DNA of 64,000 bases from an uncultured delta proteobacterium (GTDB taxonomy: Bacteria; Desulfobacterota; RBG-13-43-22). Of the stretch, positions 1 to 10,739 are shown in pieces (position 1 is the stretch's first letter; each line of letters starts with the position of its first letter). A program made the translations under genes and the position numbers. The notes beneath the pieces are model-generated. The model was not told where the DNA came from. It worked only from the letters and a program-made list of their open reading frames with translations, and did not search any database. The stretch is from contig CAWBOS010000010.1 in the NCBI GenBank assembly GCA_963790475.1, forward strand, positions 992,001 through 1,056,000, written 5' to 3'.

Positions 1-2
1 GC

Positions 3-1049
3 GCCGGCGGCGCGGTCTATTCCCCGGCCATTACCGACTTCATCATTATGGTTGAAAAGACCAGCCACATGTTCATCACCGGCCCTCAGGTTATTAAGAA
101 CACTACCCATGAAGAGGTCGAACCAGAGACCCTGGGAGGTGCGATCCGGCACAACACGACCAGCGGCGTGGCCCATTTTTCGGCCAAAGATGACCGAAAG
201 GCCCTGGATCTGATCAAGGAAATTTTATCCTTCCTTCCCCAAAATTGCAACGAGGCCCCTCCTCAGATTAAATGCACGGACGATCCCAATCGGATCGATA
301 TGAATCTGAGGTCTGTCATTCCGGATAATCCCCGCATCCCTTATGACATGAAAAAGATCATCCTGTCCGTGGTTGATGATCATCATTTTTTCGAGGTCCA
401 AAAATTATACGCCCCCAATATGGTCATCGGCCTGGCCCGGATGAACGGCATGCCGGTTGGAATTGTGGCCAACCAGCCTCGGGCACTGGCCGGATGTCTG
501 GACATCAACGCCTCGGATAAATGCGCCCGGTTTGTGCGTTTCTGCGATTGTTTTAATCTTCCGCTGCTTACTTTTGTCGATGTCCCCGGTTTTTTGCCTG
601 GAGTGGCCCAGGAATACGGCGGGATCATTCGTCACGGAGCCAAGGTCATTTATGCTTACTGCGATGCCTCGGTGCCCAAGGTAACGCTCATCACCCGTAA
701 GGCCTATGGCGGGGCTTATGATGTTATGGGCAGCAAACACCACGGTGGAGACATCAATTTTGCCTATCCCTCAGCCGAGATCGCTGTCATGGGTCCGGAG
801 GGGGCGGTGCCCATTGTTTTTCGCAATCAACTGAACAGCTCCTCCGATCCCGAAAAAACCCGTCAGGAATTGATTGAGGAATATCGACAGACCTTTGCCA
901 GCCCCTATAAAGCGGCCGAACTGGGCTATATCGATGAAATCATTCTTCCGGAAAACACCCGGCCTAAACTGATCCGGGCCCTGGAATCCTTGAAAACCAA
1001 GGTGGATGTGCATCGGCTTCCGCGCCGGCACGGGAATATACCCTTATAA
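3..1049 (+). CDS. Acyl-CoA carboxylase carboxyltransferase (propionyl-CoA carboxylase beta / methylmalonyl-CoA decarboxylase alpha family), 5' partial
   Basis: Frame is open from the window start (AGGAVYSPAITDF...). Motifs DVPGFLPG, GIIRHGAK, RKAYGGAY, AEIAVMG and C-terminal HGNIPL. Lies next to the mutase genes. Confidence 0.93.
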   Translation, partial: AGGAVYSPAITDFIIMVEKTSHMFITGPQVIKNTTHEEVEPETLGGAIRHNTTSGVAHFSAKDDRKALDLIKEILSFLPQNCNEAPPQIKCTDDPNRIDMNLRSVIPDNPRIPYDMKKIILSVVDDHHFFEVQKLYAPNMVIGLARMNGMPVGIVANQPRALAGCLDINASDKCARFVRFCDCFNLPLLTFVDVPGFLPGVAQEYGGIIRHGAKVIYAYCDASVPKVTLITRKAYGGAYDVMGSKHHGGDINFAYPSAEIAVMGPEGAVPIVFRNQLNSSSDPEKTRQELIEEYRQTFASPYKAAELGYIDEIILPENTRPKLIRALESLKTKVDVHRLPRRHGNIPL

Positions 1050-1179
1050 AAAGTGGCGAGTATCATGTGGCCGGTGACAAGTTAAAAAATTTTAAGTCCT
1101 AGACTCGACCGCTATCCCGCAACCAGAAATGAGCAACAAGCAACTAATGACGAACAACTCATAACGATGGAGTTTTTCT

Positions 1180-2856
1180 ATGTTTGATCCGGAAAAAATA
1201 GCCGACCTGAAAAAGCGTCAATCCGCCTGGCAGGAAAAAATTGAATCCAAACTTTCCAAGGCGCCGGAAAGGCGAAAGGCCTTCACTACTATTTCGGAAA
1301 TTCCCCTTCAGCGGACCTATACGCCGGCTGATATTGAGGATTTGGATTATGAAAAGGACCTTGCCTTCCCCGGCGAGTATCCTTTTACCCGCGGTGTCCA
1401 GCCCACTATGTACCGGGGACGTTTCTGGACCATGCGCCAATACGCCGGTTTTGCCGACGCCGAAGAATCCAATCGACGCTATAAATACCTGTTGAACCAG
1501 GGGCAGACCGGCCTTTCGGTGGCCTTTGATCTGCCTACTCAGATCGGATATGACTCCGATCACCCGCTGTCCCAGGGGGAAGTGGGAAAAGTCGGAGTGG
1601 CTATTGATTCCCTGAAGGACATGGAAACCTTATTTGACGGCATTCCCTTGGATAAAGTCAGCACCTCCATGACCATTAACGCTCCTGCTGCCGTCCTGCT
1701 GGCCATGTACATCGGCGTGGCCGAGAAACAAGGGGTTTCCTCCCAAGATCTGAACGGAACGATACAAAACGACATCCTGAAGGAATACACTTCGCGGGGT
1801 ACTTATATTTTCCCGCCCCAGCCTTCTCTGCGCATCATCACCAATATTTTCGAATATTGTTCCCAAGAAGTTCCCCGATGGAACTCCATCAGCATCAGCG
1901 GTTATCATATTCGGGAAGCCGGTTCGACGGCCGTTCAGGAAGTGGCCTTCACCCTGGCCAATGGTTTGGCCTATGTGGAAGCAGCCCAAAAGGCCGGGTT
2001 GCCTGTGGATGTCATTGGTCCTCGCTTGTCCTTTTTCTTTAACGCCCATCTGGATTTCTTGGAAGAGATCGCCAAATACCGGGCGGCCCGCCGTCTCTGG
2101 GCGCGCTTGATGAAAGAACGGTTCGGTTCCAAGGATCCCCGGACCATGACTTTACGTTTTCATACCCAGACCGCCGGCTGTTCCCTGACCGCCCAGCAGC
2201 CTAAAAACAATATTGTTCGAGTCGCTTTTCAGGCCCTGTCCGCTGTTCTGGGGGGGACCCAGTCCCTGCACACCAATTCTATGGATGAGGCCCTGGCCCT
2301 GCCTTCCGAAGAAGCGGTCCAGGTCGCTTTACGTACCCAGCAATTGATCGCTTACGAGACCGGCGTCACCGATACCATCGATCCCCTGGCCGGTTCCTAT
2401 TATATCGAACACCTGACCACGACTATTGAAGAAGAGGCCATGAACTATCTCCGGAAGATCGACGAGTTGGGGGGCGCGGCGGCGGCCATCGAAAAAGGAT
2501 TCATCCAAAGGGAAATCCAGGAAAGTGCCTTTCGCTATCAGAAAGCCGTGGAAACAGGCGACCGGGTGGTCGTTGGGATCAACAAGTTCCAGACCAAGGA
2601 ACCGCCTCCCTCAGGACTGTTAAGGGTCGATCCGGTGGTACAAAGCCAGCAGATCCAGAAAATTATTCAACTCAAGCAGGTCCGGGACAACTCCAAGGTG
2701 ATTTCCTGTTTGGCGAGACTCAAAAAAACCGCTGAAGGTTCGGATAATCTGATGCCCCCGATCCTCGAAGCGGTTCGGGCCTATGCTACCCTGGGAGAAA
2801 TCTGTGACACCCTGCGCTCGGTTTTCGGGGAATATACAGCCGTCTCTACCTTATAG
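1180..2856 (+). CDS. Methylmalonyl-CoA mutase family, large (substrate-binding) subunit
   Basis: [60 protein letters not shown]; no B12-binding domain. Confidence 0.95.
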   Translation: MFDPEKIADLKKRQSAWQEKIESKLSKAPERRKAFTTISEIPLQRTYTPADIEDLDYEKDLAFPGEYPFTRGVQPTMYRGRFWTMRQYAGFADAEESNRRYKYLLNQGQTGLSVAFDLPTQIGYDSDHPLSQGEVGKVGVAIDSLKDMETLFDGIPLDKVSTSMTINAPAAVLLAMYIGVAEKQGVSSQDLNGTIQNDILKEYTSRGTYIFPPQPSLRIITNIFEYCSQEVPRWNSISISGYHIREAGSTAVQEVAFTLANGLAYVEAAQKAGLPVDVIGPRLSFFFNAHLDFLEEIAKYRAARRLWARLMKERFGSKDPRTMTLRFHTQTAGCSLTAQQPKNNIVRVAFQALSAVLGGTQSLHTNSMDEALALPSEEAVQVALRTQQLIAYETGVTDTIDPLAGSYYIEHLTTTIEEEAMNYLRKIDELGGAAAAIEKGFIQREIQESAFRYQKAVETGDRVVVGINKFQTKEPPPSGLLRVDPVVQSQQIQKIIQLKQVRDNSKVISCLARLKKTAEGSDNLMPPILEAVRAYATLGEICDTLRSVFGEYTAVSTL

Positions 2857-2869
2857 GAGGTTCTAAACC

Positions 2870-3277
2870 ATGGGCACTGAAAGAAAAATACGTGTTCTGG
2901 CTGCCAAGCCGGGACTGGACGGCCATGATCGGGGGATCAAGATCATCTGCCACGCTCTGCGGGATGCCGGTATGGAGGTCATTTATACCGGCCTGCGTCA
3001 AACTCCGGAACAGATCGCGGCCACGGCCGTTCAAGAGGACGTGGATGTTATTGCCTTGAGCGTCCTCTCCGGGGCCCATAATTATCTTTTTCCCAGGGTC
3101 ATGGAACTGGTCAAGGGAAAAGGCATGAAAGATGTCCTGGTAGTCGGGGGCGGCATCATTCCTGAAGAAGACATTCCGGCCCTGAAGACTTCCGGCATCA
3201 GTGAAATCTTCGGCCCGGGGACTTATACATCCGATATCGTTAAATACATCCAGGAAAATGTCGGAAAAAATGTTTGA
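2870..3277 (+). CDS. Methylmalonyl-CoA mutase small (cobalamin-binding) subunit
   Basis: [10 protein letters not shown] (DxHxxG), SVLSGAH, GGIIP; SD aggagg. Confidence 0.95.
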   Translation: MGTERKIRVLAAKPGLDGHDRGIKIICHALRDAGMEVIYTGLRQTPEQIAATAVQEDVDVIALSVLSGAHNYLFPRVMELVKGKGMKDVLVVGGGIIPEEDIPALKTSGISEIFGPGTYTSDIVKYIQENVGKNV

Positions 3278-3399
3278 CCCCTTTCTAATTTTAGAACCCT
3301 CTTATTTCTCGATGCCAGCCTGATAAGGACACCACGAAACCTGGATATCAGCTTCGGCGAACGTCTAACAATCAACGCTAAGAATTATAAAGGAATTCC

Positions 3400-5658
3400 A
3401 TGAACGAAAAACATATCTTGAAGATTGCTGTCGAACTGAACCTTTCGCCCCAACAAGTCCAGGCTACGGCCGGACTCTTAAATGAAGAGGCCACGATCCC
3501 TTTTATCGCCCGCTATCGGAAGGAAGTCACCGGTTCCCTGGATGAGGTGGCGATCACCTCTATTCGGGATCGACTGATCCAGCTTTCTGAATTAGACAAG
3601 CGCCGTGAGGCCATACTAAAATCTTTGGAGGAACGCAATCAACTCACCGAGGATTTAAAACAGAAAATTATGGATGTCGAAGCCATGGTCGATCTGGAAG
3701 ATATTTATCTCCCCTATCGGCCCAAACGGCGGACACGGGCCACCATGGCCAAAGAAAAAGGACTGGAACCTTTGGCCCAAAAACTTTTCGATCAAGGCGA
3801 GATAGAACCCCTGGTCGAAGCCACGGCCTTTGTCGATCCTGAAAAAGGGGTGGAAAGCGCAGAAGATGCCCTGGCCGGGGCACGTGATATCATTGCTGAG
3901 TGGGTTAATGAAGATCAGACGGCCCGAGCCCGGATGCGCTCTTATTATGCTTCAAAGGCGGTTCTTAAATCCAGGGTGATATCGGAAAAAGAAGAACAAG
4001 GCATTAAATACAGGGATTACTATGAATGGGAAGAACCGGCGGCGAAAGCGCCCTCTCACCGTATACTGGCCATACGCCGGGGAGAGAAAGAGGATTTCCT
4101 CACCCTGAGGGTGGTTCCTCCGGAAGAGGAAGCCTTGGAAATTCTCGACCGCCTTTTTGTCAAAGGAGAAAGCGCGGCAGCCGAGCAGGTCCGAATGGCA
4201 GTCCATGACAGCTACAAAAGGCTCCTTTCTCTCTCCATGGAGACCGAGATCCGGCTTGATATCAAAAAACGGGCCGATGAGGAGGCCATTCGGGTCTTTG
4301 CCGAGAATCTCCGCCAACTGCTGTTATCCCCTCCGCTAGGCCAAAAAAATGTCCTGGCCATTGATCCCGGGTTCCGAACCGGATGTAAGGTGGTCTGTTT
4401 GGACCGGCAAGGCAAACTGGACCATCATGAAACCATTTTTCTTTTATCCGAGAAAGGCGTGGCCGACGCCGGGGCCAGGATCCTCGGACTGTGCGAACGT
4501 TTTCATATTGAAGCCATCGCTATCGGAAACGGCACGGCCGGCCGGGAAACCGAATCCTTCATCCGGGGCCTCAATCTCCCTTCAGGCATTCAAGTGGTTA
4601 TGGTCAATGAAAGCGGGGCCTCGATTTATTCGGCCTCTGAAGCCGCCAGAGAGGAATTTCCGGATCAGGATGTGACCGTGCGGGGTTCAGTCTCCATCGG
4701 CCGCAGACTGATGGACCCCCTGGCCGAACTGGTCAAGATCGATCCCAAGTCCATCGGGGTTGGCCAATATCAGCATGATGTGGACCAGACTGCCTTGAAA
4801 AACAGCCTTGATGATGTGGTGGTTCATTGTGTCAACCGGGTGGGAGTGGAAGTCAATACAGCCAGTAAACAGCTTCTGACCTATGTCTCCGGACTGGGGC
4901 CCGGGCTGGCCAAAGGAATTCTCGAGTTCCGTAATCAACACGGCCCCTTTCAATCCCGGGAAGATTTGAAAAAGGTCCCCCGACTGGGTCCCAAGGCCTT
5001 TGAACAGGCCGCCGGCTTTTTACGCATCCGGGAAGGGGAAAATCCTTTGGACGGCAGTGCTGTCCATCCGGAAAGTTATCCGATCGTTGATGCCATGGCC
5101 TCGGATCTGGGATGTTCGGTGGTTGATTTAATGGACGACGAAAATCTTCGTAAAAAAATCGACATTAACCGTTATGTCTCCGAACAGGTGGGATTGCCCA
5201 CGCTTCAGGACATCCTGGCGGAACTGGCCAAACCCGGCCGCGATCCGCGGGAGGAGTTCGAAATCGTCCGCTTTGCCGAAGGCGTGGAAAAGATCGAAGA
5301 TGTCAAGCCCGGAATGAAGCTTCCCGGCATCGTCACCAATATCACCGCCTTTGGCGTCTTTGTGGACATCGGCGTCCATCAGGACGGGTTGGTCCATATC
5401 AGCGAACTGGCCGACCGTTTCGTAAAGGACCCTGCAGAAGTGGTGAAGGTACACCAGAAAGTCAATGTAAGGGTCCTGGATGTGGACCTCCCCAGAAAAC
5501 GGATTTCTCTCTCCATGAAGGCCAACCAGCCCACGTCCGAACGTGCATCCAATGACAAAAAGAGGTCAATGGACGGAAGAAAACCGGGGAAAAAGGAGAA
5601 GCCCAAAAGCACCTTCTCCAATAACCCCTTCGCCGCCGCTTTTGGGAAAAGGGAGTAA
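3400..5658 (+). CDS. tex: Tex family transcriptional accessory protein (YqgF + HhH + S1)
   Basis: TIPFIARYRKE, AIDPGFRTGCK, IGVGQYQHDV, C-terminal S1 domain FGVFVDIGVHQDGLVHISE. Confidence 0.96.
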   Translation: MNEKHILKIAVELNLSPQQVQATAGLLNEEATIPFIARYRKEVTGSLDEVAITSIRDRLIQLSELDKRREAILKSLEERNQLTEDLKQKIMDVEAMVDLEDIYLPYRPKRRTRATMAKEKGLEPLAQKLFDQGEIEPLVEATAFVDPEKGVESAEDALAGARDIIAEWVNEDQTARARMRSYYASKAVLKSRVISEKEEQGIKYRDYYEWEEPAAKAPSHRILAIRRGEKEDFLTLRVVPPEEEALEILDRLFVKGESAAAEQVRMAVHDSYKRLLSLSMETEIRLDIKKRADEEAIRVFAENLRQLLLSPPLGQKNVLAIDPGFRTGCKVVCLDRQGKLDHHETIFLLSEKGVADAGARILGLCERFHIEAIAIGNGTAGRETESFIRGLNLPSGIQVVMVNESGASIYSASEAAREEFPDQDVTVRGSVSIGRRLMDPLAELVKIDPKSIGVGQYQHDVDQTALKNSLDDVVVHCVNRVGVEVNTASKQLLTYVSGLGPGLAKGILEFRNQHGPFQSREDLKKVPRLGPKAFEQAAGFLRIREGENPLDGSAVHPESYPIVDAMASDLGCSVVDLMDDENLRKKIDINRYVSEQVGLPTLQDILAELAKPGRDPREEFEIVRFAEGVEKIEDVKPGMKLPGIVTNITAFGVFVDIGVHQDGLVHISELADRFVKDPAEVVKVHQKVNVRVLDVDLPRKRISLSMKANQPTSERASNDKKRSMDGRKPGKKEKPKSTFSNNPFAAAFGKRE

Positions 5659-6037
5659 AGAATTCTTTGGCATCGGCAAATTCATTCCTTAGGGAAAGAT
5701 ACCGTCCGGCTTAATCCCTGGAGATGAAGAATGTAATGTAAACCTGGTCTAAACTTCCCCAAGAATTTGAAATCTTTTCCGGGTGGAATGAAAAATTTTC
5801 CCGGTCGGGAGAGCGTCATTTTGTTATTAAAATATTTTTGGGGGTTGGTAAGCAATTCCAGGGCAAATGAAAATATTGACTATGAGACCAGTCAAATAAT
5901 ATCCTATTATAATTACTATATTTTACTTGATCTCTCTTCGGCCTGAGGCGGATTTGCAGAAATGGACCCTTTCTTCTTTCCTTTCTGGCATATTTCTTGG
6001 ATTAATGATGCCCATCAGATAGTTATTACCCCTTCTC

Positions 6038-6064
6038 TAAAGTTTTTTTCCCATCTGCCGATAA
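6038..6064 (+). promoter_or_regulatory. sigma28 (FliA/SigD-type) promoter upstream of the pilus operon
   Basis: TAAAGTTT-N11-GCCGATAA, an exact match to the FliA consensus. Confidence 0.8.
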
Positions 6065-6284
6065 ATAAGTAACCATCAGGATACATTTTTGCTCTATGGA
6101 TACTTATGCAGATGGAAATCCTTCATTCTTAATTTAATTAACCATAGAAGGAAAAAACAAGGAGGAGGTGATCCAAAAATTTTAAGTAAGCCAATTTTGT
6201 TTAAGCTGTTTCAAGACTTGGGACCTGAATTTAACCTTTTACCGATTTAAACCATTTCAAAAAAACTCTTAGGAGGACCTAAAA

Positions 6285-6761
6285 ATGAAAAAAAGAGTAA
6301 TCCTTTTAGCGGTTTTAGCCGCTATCGGCATTCTGGCCCTGAGCAGTGTCTCCATGGCCGCAACCAAGACCAACAACCTTAACGTAACGGCCTCCGTGGC
6401 TGCAAACTGTAACATCCAAAGCGTCGTCGACGTTGCCTTCGGTGCTTATGATTCAACAAGTGCTACTGATCTGGATGCTGCCGGTTCTATGACTTTTCGA
6501 TGTACAAAAAATACAGCCTATAAAACCTATCTCGTCGGCGTCAGGCAGATGGTCGGGGCTGTTAATGCGGATAACCTTAACTTCGAACTTTATTCCGATA
6601 ACGGACGCACGACGGTCTACCCCAGCGACAACTCAGGCGGCAGCACTCCAGCCCCGAGTAACGCCGCTATAACCTCAGATATCTACGGCCGGGTCACAGC
6701 TCTTCAGGATGTCAGTGTGGATACTTATTCAAGGGTCTTGACGGCCACCGTAGAATATTAA
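6285..6761 (+). CDS. Spore coat U (SCPU)/Csu-type major pilin
   Basis: Signal peptide; LNVTASVAANC...VAFGAYD...C...LNFELY...IYGRV...Y..VLTATVEY pattern; first gene of a chaperone-usher cluster. Confidence 0.88.
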   Translation: MKKRVILLAVLAAIGILALSSVSMAATKTNNLNVTASVAANCNIQSVVDVAFGAYDSTSATDLDAAGSMTFRCTKNTAYKTYLVGVRQMVGAVNADNLNFELYSDNGRTTVYPSDNSGGSTPAPSNAAITSDIYGRVTALQDVSVDTYSRVLTATVEY

Positions 6762-6794
6762 AATGGGCCAATGACAGTTATTCAATTTCAAATG

Positions 6795-6829
6795 AAAAAG
6801 GGTGAGTGAAAAGACTCACCCTTTTTTTT
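6795..6829 (+). terminator. Rho-independent terminator after the major pilin
   Basis: aaaaagggtgagt-loop-actcacccttttttt hairpin followed by a U-tract. Confidence 0.8.
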
Positions 6830-6857
6830 CTTTAATTTCAAGAAAAAGGAAGCGACT

Positions 6858-7649
6858 ATGAAACCAATTAAAAACAGTCGGAAACAGATCAAGTTTTGGG
6901 AAATAATTATCTTGGGGTTTTTAATGACCTTGTTCCTGGCCAATAACACGGCAGCGGCCAACTTCGATATAAAACCCATCAAAATTTACCTGGATCCCCA
7001 AAACAAAATAGAAAAACTTACACTGAATAATTCCAGCGAGGAAGATTTGACCGTACAGATCAGGGGTTATCAGTGGACGCAAAATGACAAAGGTCAGGAT
7101 GTCTATCAGGAGACCAGGGATTTGATCATTTTCCCCAAGATTGTCACCCTCAAAACAGAGGAAGAGAAGATTATCCGGATCGGCACCAACCTGAATTCCG
7201 GTTCAACGGAAAAAACCTATCGTATATTTGTGGAAGAGATACCCTCCCATGAAAAAACCCAAGACAAAGGCTCCACCGTTCATATGTTTATGAAGATCGG
7301 GGTTCCCTTATTCATAAGCCCGCTTAAAAAGGAAGAAAAAGGGGCTATCGAAGCCGCCAACCTGAAGAAAGGGAAAGCCGCGATCAAGGTGCAAAACAAA
7401 GGCAATCTTCATTTAATGGTAACCACCATCCAACTCAAAGGGGAAAATACCGACGGGAAAGAAATCTTTTCCGCGTCCATTGGCGGATGGTACATCTTAA
7501 GCGGCTTATCCAAGGATTATGAGGTCGCTATCCCCCAGGATGTATGCAAAAACATAACAAAACTTAATATTGAAGTAAAAACGAATAACAATATCATCTT
7601 TAAAGAACAGATCCCGGTGGAAAAACCCATGTGCGGACAGTCCATTTAG
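6858..7649 (+). CDS. Periplasmic fimbrial chaperone (PapD/CsuC-like)
   Basis: Signal peptide; FPKIVTL..EEKIIRIG, EKTYRIFVEEIP, IGVPLFISP, N.GNLH; lies between pilin and usher. Confidence 0.88.
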   Translation: MKPIKNSRKQIKFWEIIILGFLMTLFLANNTAAANFDIKPIKIYLDPQNKIEKLTLNNSSEEDLTVQIRGYQWTQNDKGQDVYQETRDLIIFPKIVTLKTEEEKIIRIGTNLNSGSTEKTYRIFVEEIPSHEKTQDKGSTVHMFMKIGVPLFISPLKKEEKGAIEAANLKKGKAAIKVQNKGNLHLMVTTIQLKGENTDGKEIFSASIGGWYILSGLSKDYEVAIPQDVCKNITKLNIEVKTNNNIIFKEQIPVEKPMCGQSI

Positions 7650-7729
7650 AATAGCACATGCCTCCGCCGGAATTAATAATAGTCCAAAGGTCAAAGCAGA
7701 AAGCCTTGGCCTGTTTTTATCGAGACTTG

Positions 7730-10201
7730 ATGGAAAATCAAATTTCCAGATTTATTATTTCAAAAATTAATCTGGCAAAAAACCTTGCCGGATTTTTTTC
7801 ATTAAAAGACTATACCCTTTTTCCCCAAAAAAAGATTAAACCCATTTTCTTTTTTTTTATCTTGCCCCTTTCCCTAAACCTTTTTCCCCCCCTTTCGGTG
7901 CAGGCCATGGAAACCATCATCCCTGTTGTTTATCTGAATGAAGAGCAAAAGGGAGAATTTTTTATCAAAATGACAGAAGATCATGATTTTCTGATCAAGG
8001 TGGAGGATCTAAAAGAAATCGGTTTGTTGGACCCCCAAGGTAAATTATATAACATTGAAGGAATATCCTACTTATCCCTGAAATCCATACCCCAAATCAA
8101 AATATCTTTTGATGAAGGCAAGCAGGCACTCAAGATACAAGCCCCTCCCGAATTCCTGGCCAAAACTGTTCTTGACTTTTCCAATAAGCGGCCCAAAAAC
8201 ATTAACTATCCCAAGGACAATAGTTTTTTTTTAAATTATGGAATCCAATACTCGGCCGGCACCGGATTCAGGTTCGACAATATTTCGACCACCACTCAAC
8301 TCGGAGTCAGGGCGGGCAATTTTATTTTTCTATCCGATTCCATCCTATCGGCGAGTGAAACGGAAACCAAGTTTAACCGCCTGATGACCAGCATTACTTA
8401 TGACGATAGACAGCGGATGAACACCTATGTTTTTGGTGATCTGTATGCAACATCGGGCAGTCTTGGATCTTGTCTTCTTCTGGGGGGCTTGAGTTTTTCG
8501 AAAAATTATTCCGCCGATCCTTATATTATCAAAAGACCGGTACAAGGATATCAAGGGTATGTAAACACACCATCGGAAATCAGTATATATCTTAACGGAG
8601 CAAGAATTGGAAATGAACGAATGCCCGCCGGGGGATTTGATCTGAGAAATATAATGGGTTATAACGGTCTCCAGGATTTGGATATCGTAATTAAAGACGC
8701 CTTTGGACGCGAACAGCACATTGCCAATCCCTTTTATGTCTCTGATTCCCTTTTGGCCAAAAGTTTTCATGACTTTAGTTATAATATCGGTTTCTTAAGA
8801 GAAAATATCGGTTCTAATAAGGACCAGTATAACGACCCGGTCTTTATAGGCTTTCACCGCTATGGCTTGACCAATAACCTGACCATTGGCGCTAGTGGAG
8901 AAGCCGGAAGCGGGCTGTATAATTTCGCTCCATCCGTTGCCTATGGAAGTCAATTGGGTATTTTTGAATTCGTCTTGGCCGGCAGCCGAAATGAAAAAGA
9001 AAAAACCGGTTTCGCCGGTTCAGCCGATTATACGTTTAATATCAAAAGATTTAATGCGAGAATTGGGGCTACGAGTTACTCGGAAGATTATTCCACCCTT
9101 TCCCAAGCCACCAGTCCCAATCCAGAAAACATAGAAAAACCAAAGCTGGAATTCGGCGCCGGTTTAGGTTTTGGAACAAAATCTTTCGGATCTATGGCTC
9201 TCAATTATACAAAAACAATTAAATATAATAATAAAGAAAAAGAGATGATGGGTTTAATGTATTCCAAGGGCATCGGGCAAAAATTTTCTTTGACTATTTC
9301 AATGGACCAAACCAGTGAAAGTGGATCGGATAACAATAAAAGCGAGCTTGGATTTTTTGTCAGCCTAACCTACTACCCCTGGAAAGAAACCATCATGACC
9401 AACACCGGCATGAGTGGGGATAGTTTCCGCGGAAACTTTCAAATTCAAAAAAACGCTCCTATTGGCGAAGGTTACGGTTACAGAGCCGCGGTTGATATGA
9501 GGAACGAAAAGGATGGACTCGAAACCAGTCTCAGACCCTATTTTCAGTATAACGGAATGTATGGAATATATTCCACTGAAGTCTCAGCTCAATTCGGGAG
9601 GTCCCAAGAAATTCAAACCTATCAATTCAACGCTTCGGGGGCCGTCGTTTACGTCGGCAATAGTTTCGGCTTCACCCGTCCGATCGATGACAGTTTTGCT
9701 CTAGTCAAGGTAGCCCAGGTCCCCGGTGTGCGAGTCTATCACAATAACCAGGAGATCGGAAAAACGGACCAGTTTGGTAAACTCGTGGTGCCGAATTTCC
9801 ATTCCTATGATGCCAATCAGATCAGGATCGACGATAAGGACATACCTTTGGATTATGCAATTACCGATGTAACCAGATATATTTCCCCAGCGTGGCGCAC
9901 CGGCACTCTGGTCAAGTTTGAGGCCAAGAAAGTTCAGGCCTTTACCGGGAGGCTATTGATTGAAAAAGAAGGCAAGATTCTGCCTTTGGAATATCATCGG
10001 ATCACCATGAAGTTAAACGGCAAAACGCTTACCTTTCAAACCGGCCGGGATGGGGAGTTTTTTATTGAGGATGCTTTAGCCGGCAGTTTTAAGGCGTCTT
10101 TCAAATATGAGGGGAAAGTGCATACCTTTGATATTAACATACCCAAAAGCGATGAAATCATCATCGATGCAGGAGAAATCCATGTCCAAGTACAGCCTTA
10201 G
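7730..10201 (+). CDS. Outer-membrane fimbrial usher (CsuD-like); start uncertain (7658 or 7730)
   Basis: ~820 aa; FLNY, RLMTS..YD, GD....GSLG...LGGLSFSKNY, HRYGLTNNLT, RPIDDSFALV, YDANQIRID..DIPLD. Confidence 0.9.
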   Translation: MENQISRFIISKINLAKNLAGFFSLKDYTLFPQKKIKPIFFFFILPLSLNLFPPLSVQAMETIIPVVYLNEEQKGEFFIKMTEDHDFLIKVEDLKEIGLLDPQGKLYNIEGISYLSLKSIPQIKISFDEGKQALKIQAPPEFLAKTVLDFSNKRPKNINYPKDNSFFLNYGIQYSAGTGFRFDNISTTTQLGVRAGNFIFLSDSILSASETETKFNRLMTSITYDDRQRMNTYVFGDLYATSGSLGSCLLLGGLSFSKNYSADPYIIKRPVQGYQGYVNTPSEISIYLNGARIGNERMPAGGFDLRNIMGYNGLQDLDIVIKDAFGREQHIANPFYVSDSLLAKSFHDFSYNIGFLRENIGSNKDQYNDPVFIGFHRYGLTNNLTIGASGEAGSGLYNFAPSVAYGSQLGIFEFVLAGSRNEKEKTGFAGSADYTFNIKRFNARIGATSYSEDYSTLSQATSPNPENIEKPKLEFGAGLGFGTKSFGSMALNYTKTIKYNNKEKEMMGLMYSKGIGQKFSLTISMDQTSESGSDNNKSELGFFVSLTYYPWKETIMTNTGMSGDSFRGNFQIQKNAPIGEGYGYRAAVDMRNEKDGLETSLRPYFQYNGMYGIYSTEVSAQFGRSQEIQTYQFNASGAVVYVGNSFGFTRPIDDSFALVKVAQVPGVRVYHNNQEIGKTDQFGKLVVPNFHSYDANQIRIDDKDIPLDYAITDVTRYISPAWRTGTLVKFEAKKVQAFTGRLLIEKEGKILPLEYHRITMKLNGKTLTFQTGRDGEFFIEDALAGSFKASFKYEGKVHTFDINIPKSDEIIIDAGEIHVQVQP

Positions 10202-10652
10202 TTTATTAATGGTAATCGCTTCTTTTTTTCTTATAGGGGAAGCTTATGCCGCTACCAATGACTGTAATTTCCAAACAGTAACCGATGTCAACTTTGGAAG
10301 TTATGATGTCCTTTCCAGTCTTAATAATGATTCAACAGGAGGTTTTAGAGTAGATTGTACTGCCACTTGGACTACAGTTACCTCTTCCATCGGCGTAAGC
10401 CCCAATTCCGGAGGATTCAATCCCAGGAGCATGAAATTAACCAGCGGAACGGATTTGCTCGATTACTATCTTTATACCAATTCCTCCCGATCTACAATCT
10501 GGGGAGACGGCACCCAGGGGTCCTCAACCGTCACCGTCAGTATTCAAAAAAACCACCCCTGGACCGGAACGATCTACGGACGAATTCCACCTGGACAAAA
10601 CGTCGGGGTTGGGAATTATGGAGAAGTCCTGGTTATTACGATAAACTATTAG
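10182..10652 (+). CDS. Second SCPU/Csu-type pilin subunit (single domain, probable tip or minor pilin)
   Basis: ATG at 10182 after SD aggaga; signal peptide, C..VNFGSYD, RVDC, LDYYLY, IWGDG, IYGRIP.GQ..G.Y...LVITINY. Confidence 0.85.
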   Translation: MSKYSLSLLMVIASFFLIGEAYAATNDCNFQTVTDVNFGSYDVLSSLNNDSTGGFRVDCTATWTTVTSSIGVSPNSGGFNPRSMKLTSGTDLLDYYLYTNSSRSTIWGDGTQGSSTVTVSIQKNHPWTGTIYGRIPPGQNVGVGNYGEVLVITINY

Positions 10653-10739
10653 GGAGATTAAAAGAAAGAAATTGGTAGCTGAAGTCTAAAGTCTTCTATC
10701 CCCAAAAACACTCCAGACATTCACCTCCGAATTAAAGGC

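Noticed and set aside
3316-3345. CTGATAAG...CGAAAC resembling a hammerhead ribozyme core
   Set aside because: The core should be CUGANGA (G8 is missing here) and no stem II can form.
7658-7729. Upstream extension of the usher ORF
   Set aside because: No SD, and it would make the signal-peptide n-region implausibly long; 7730 is preferred, though still uncertain.
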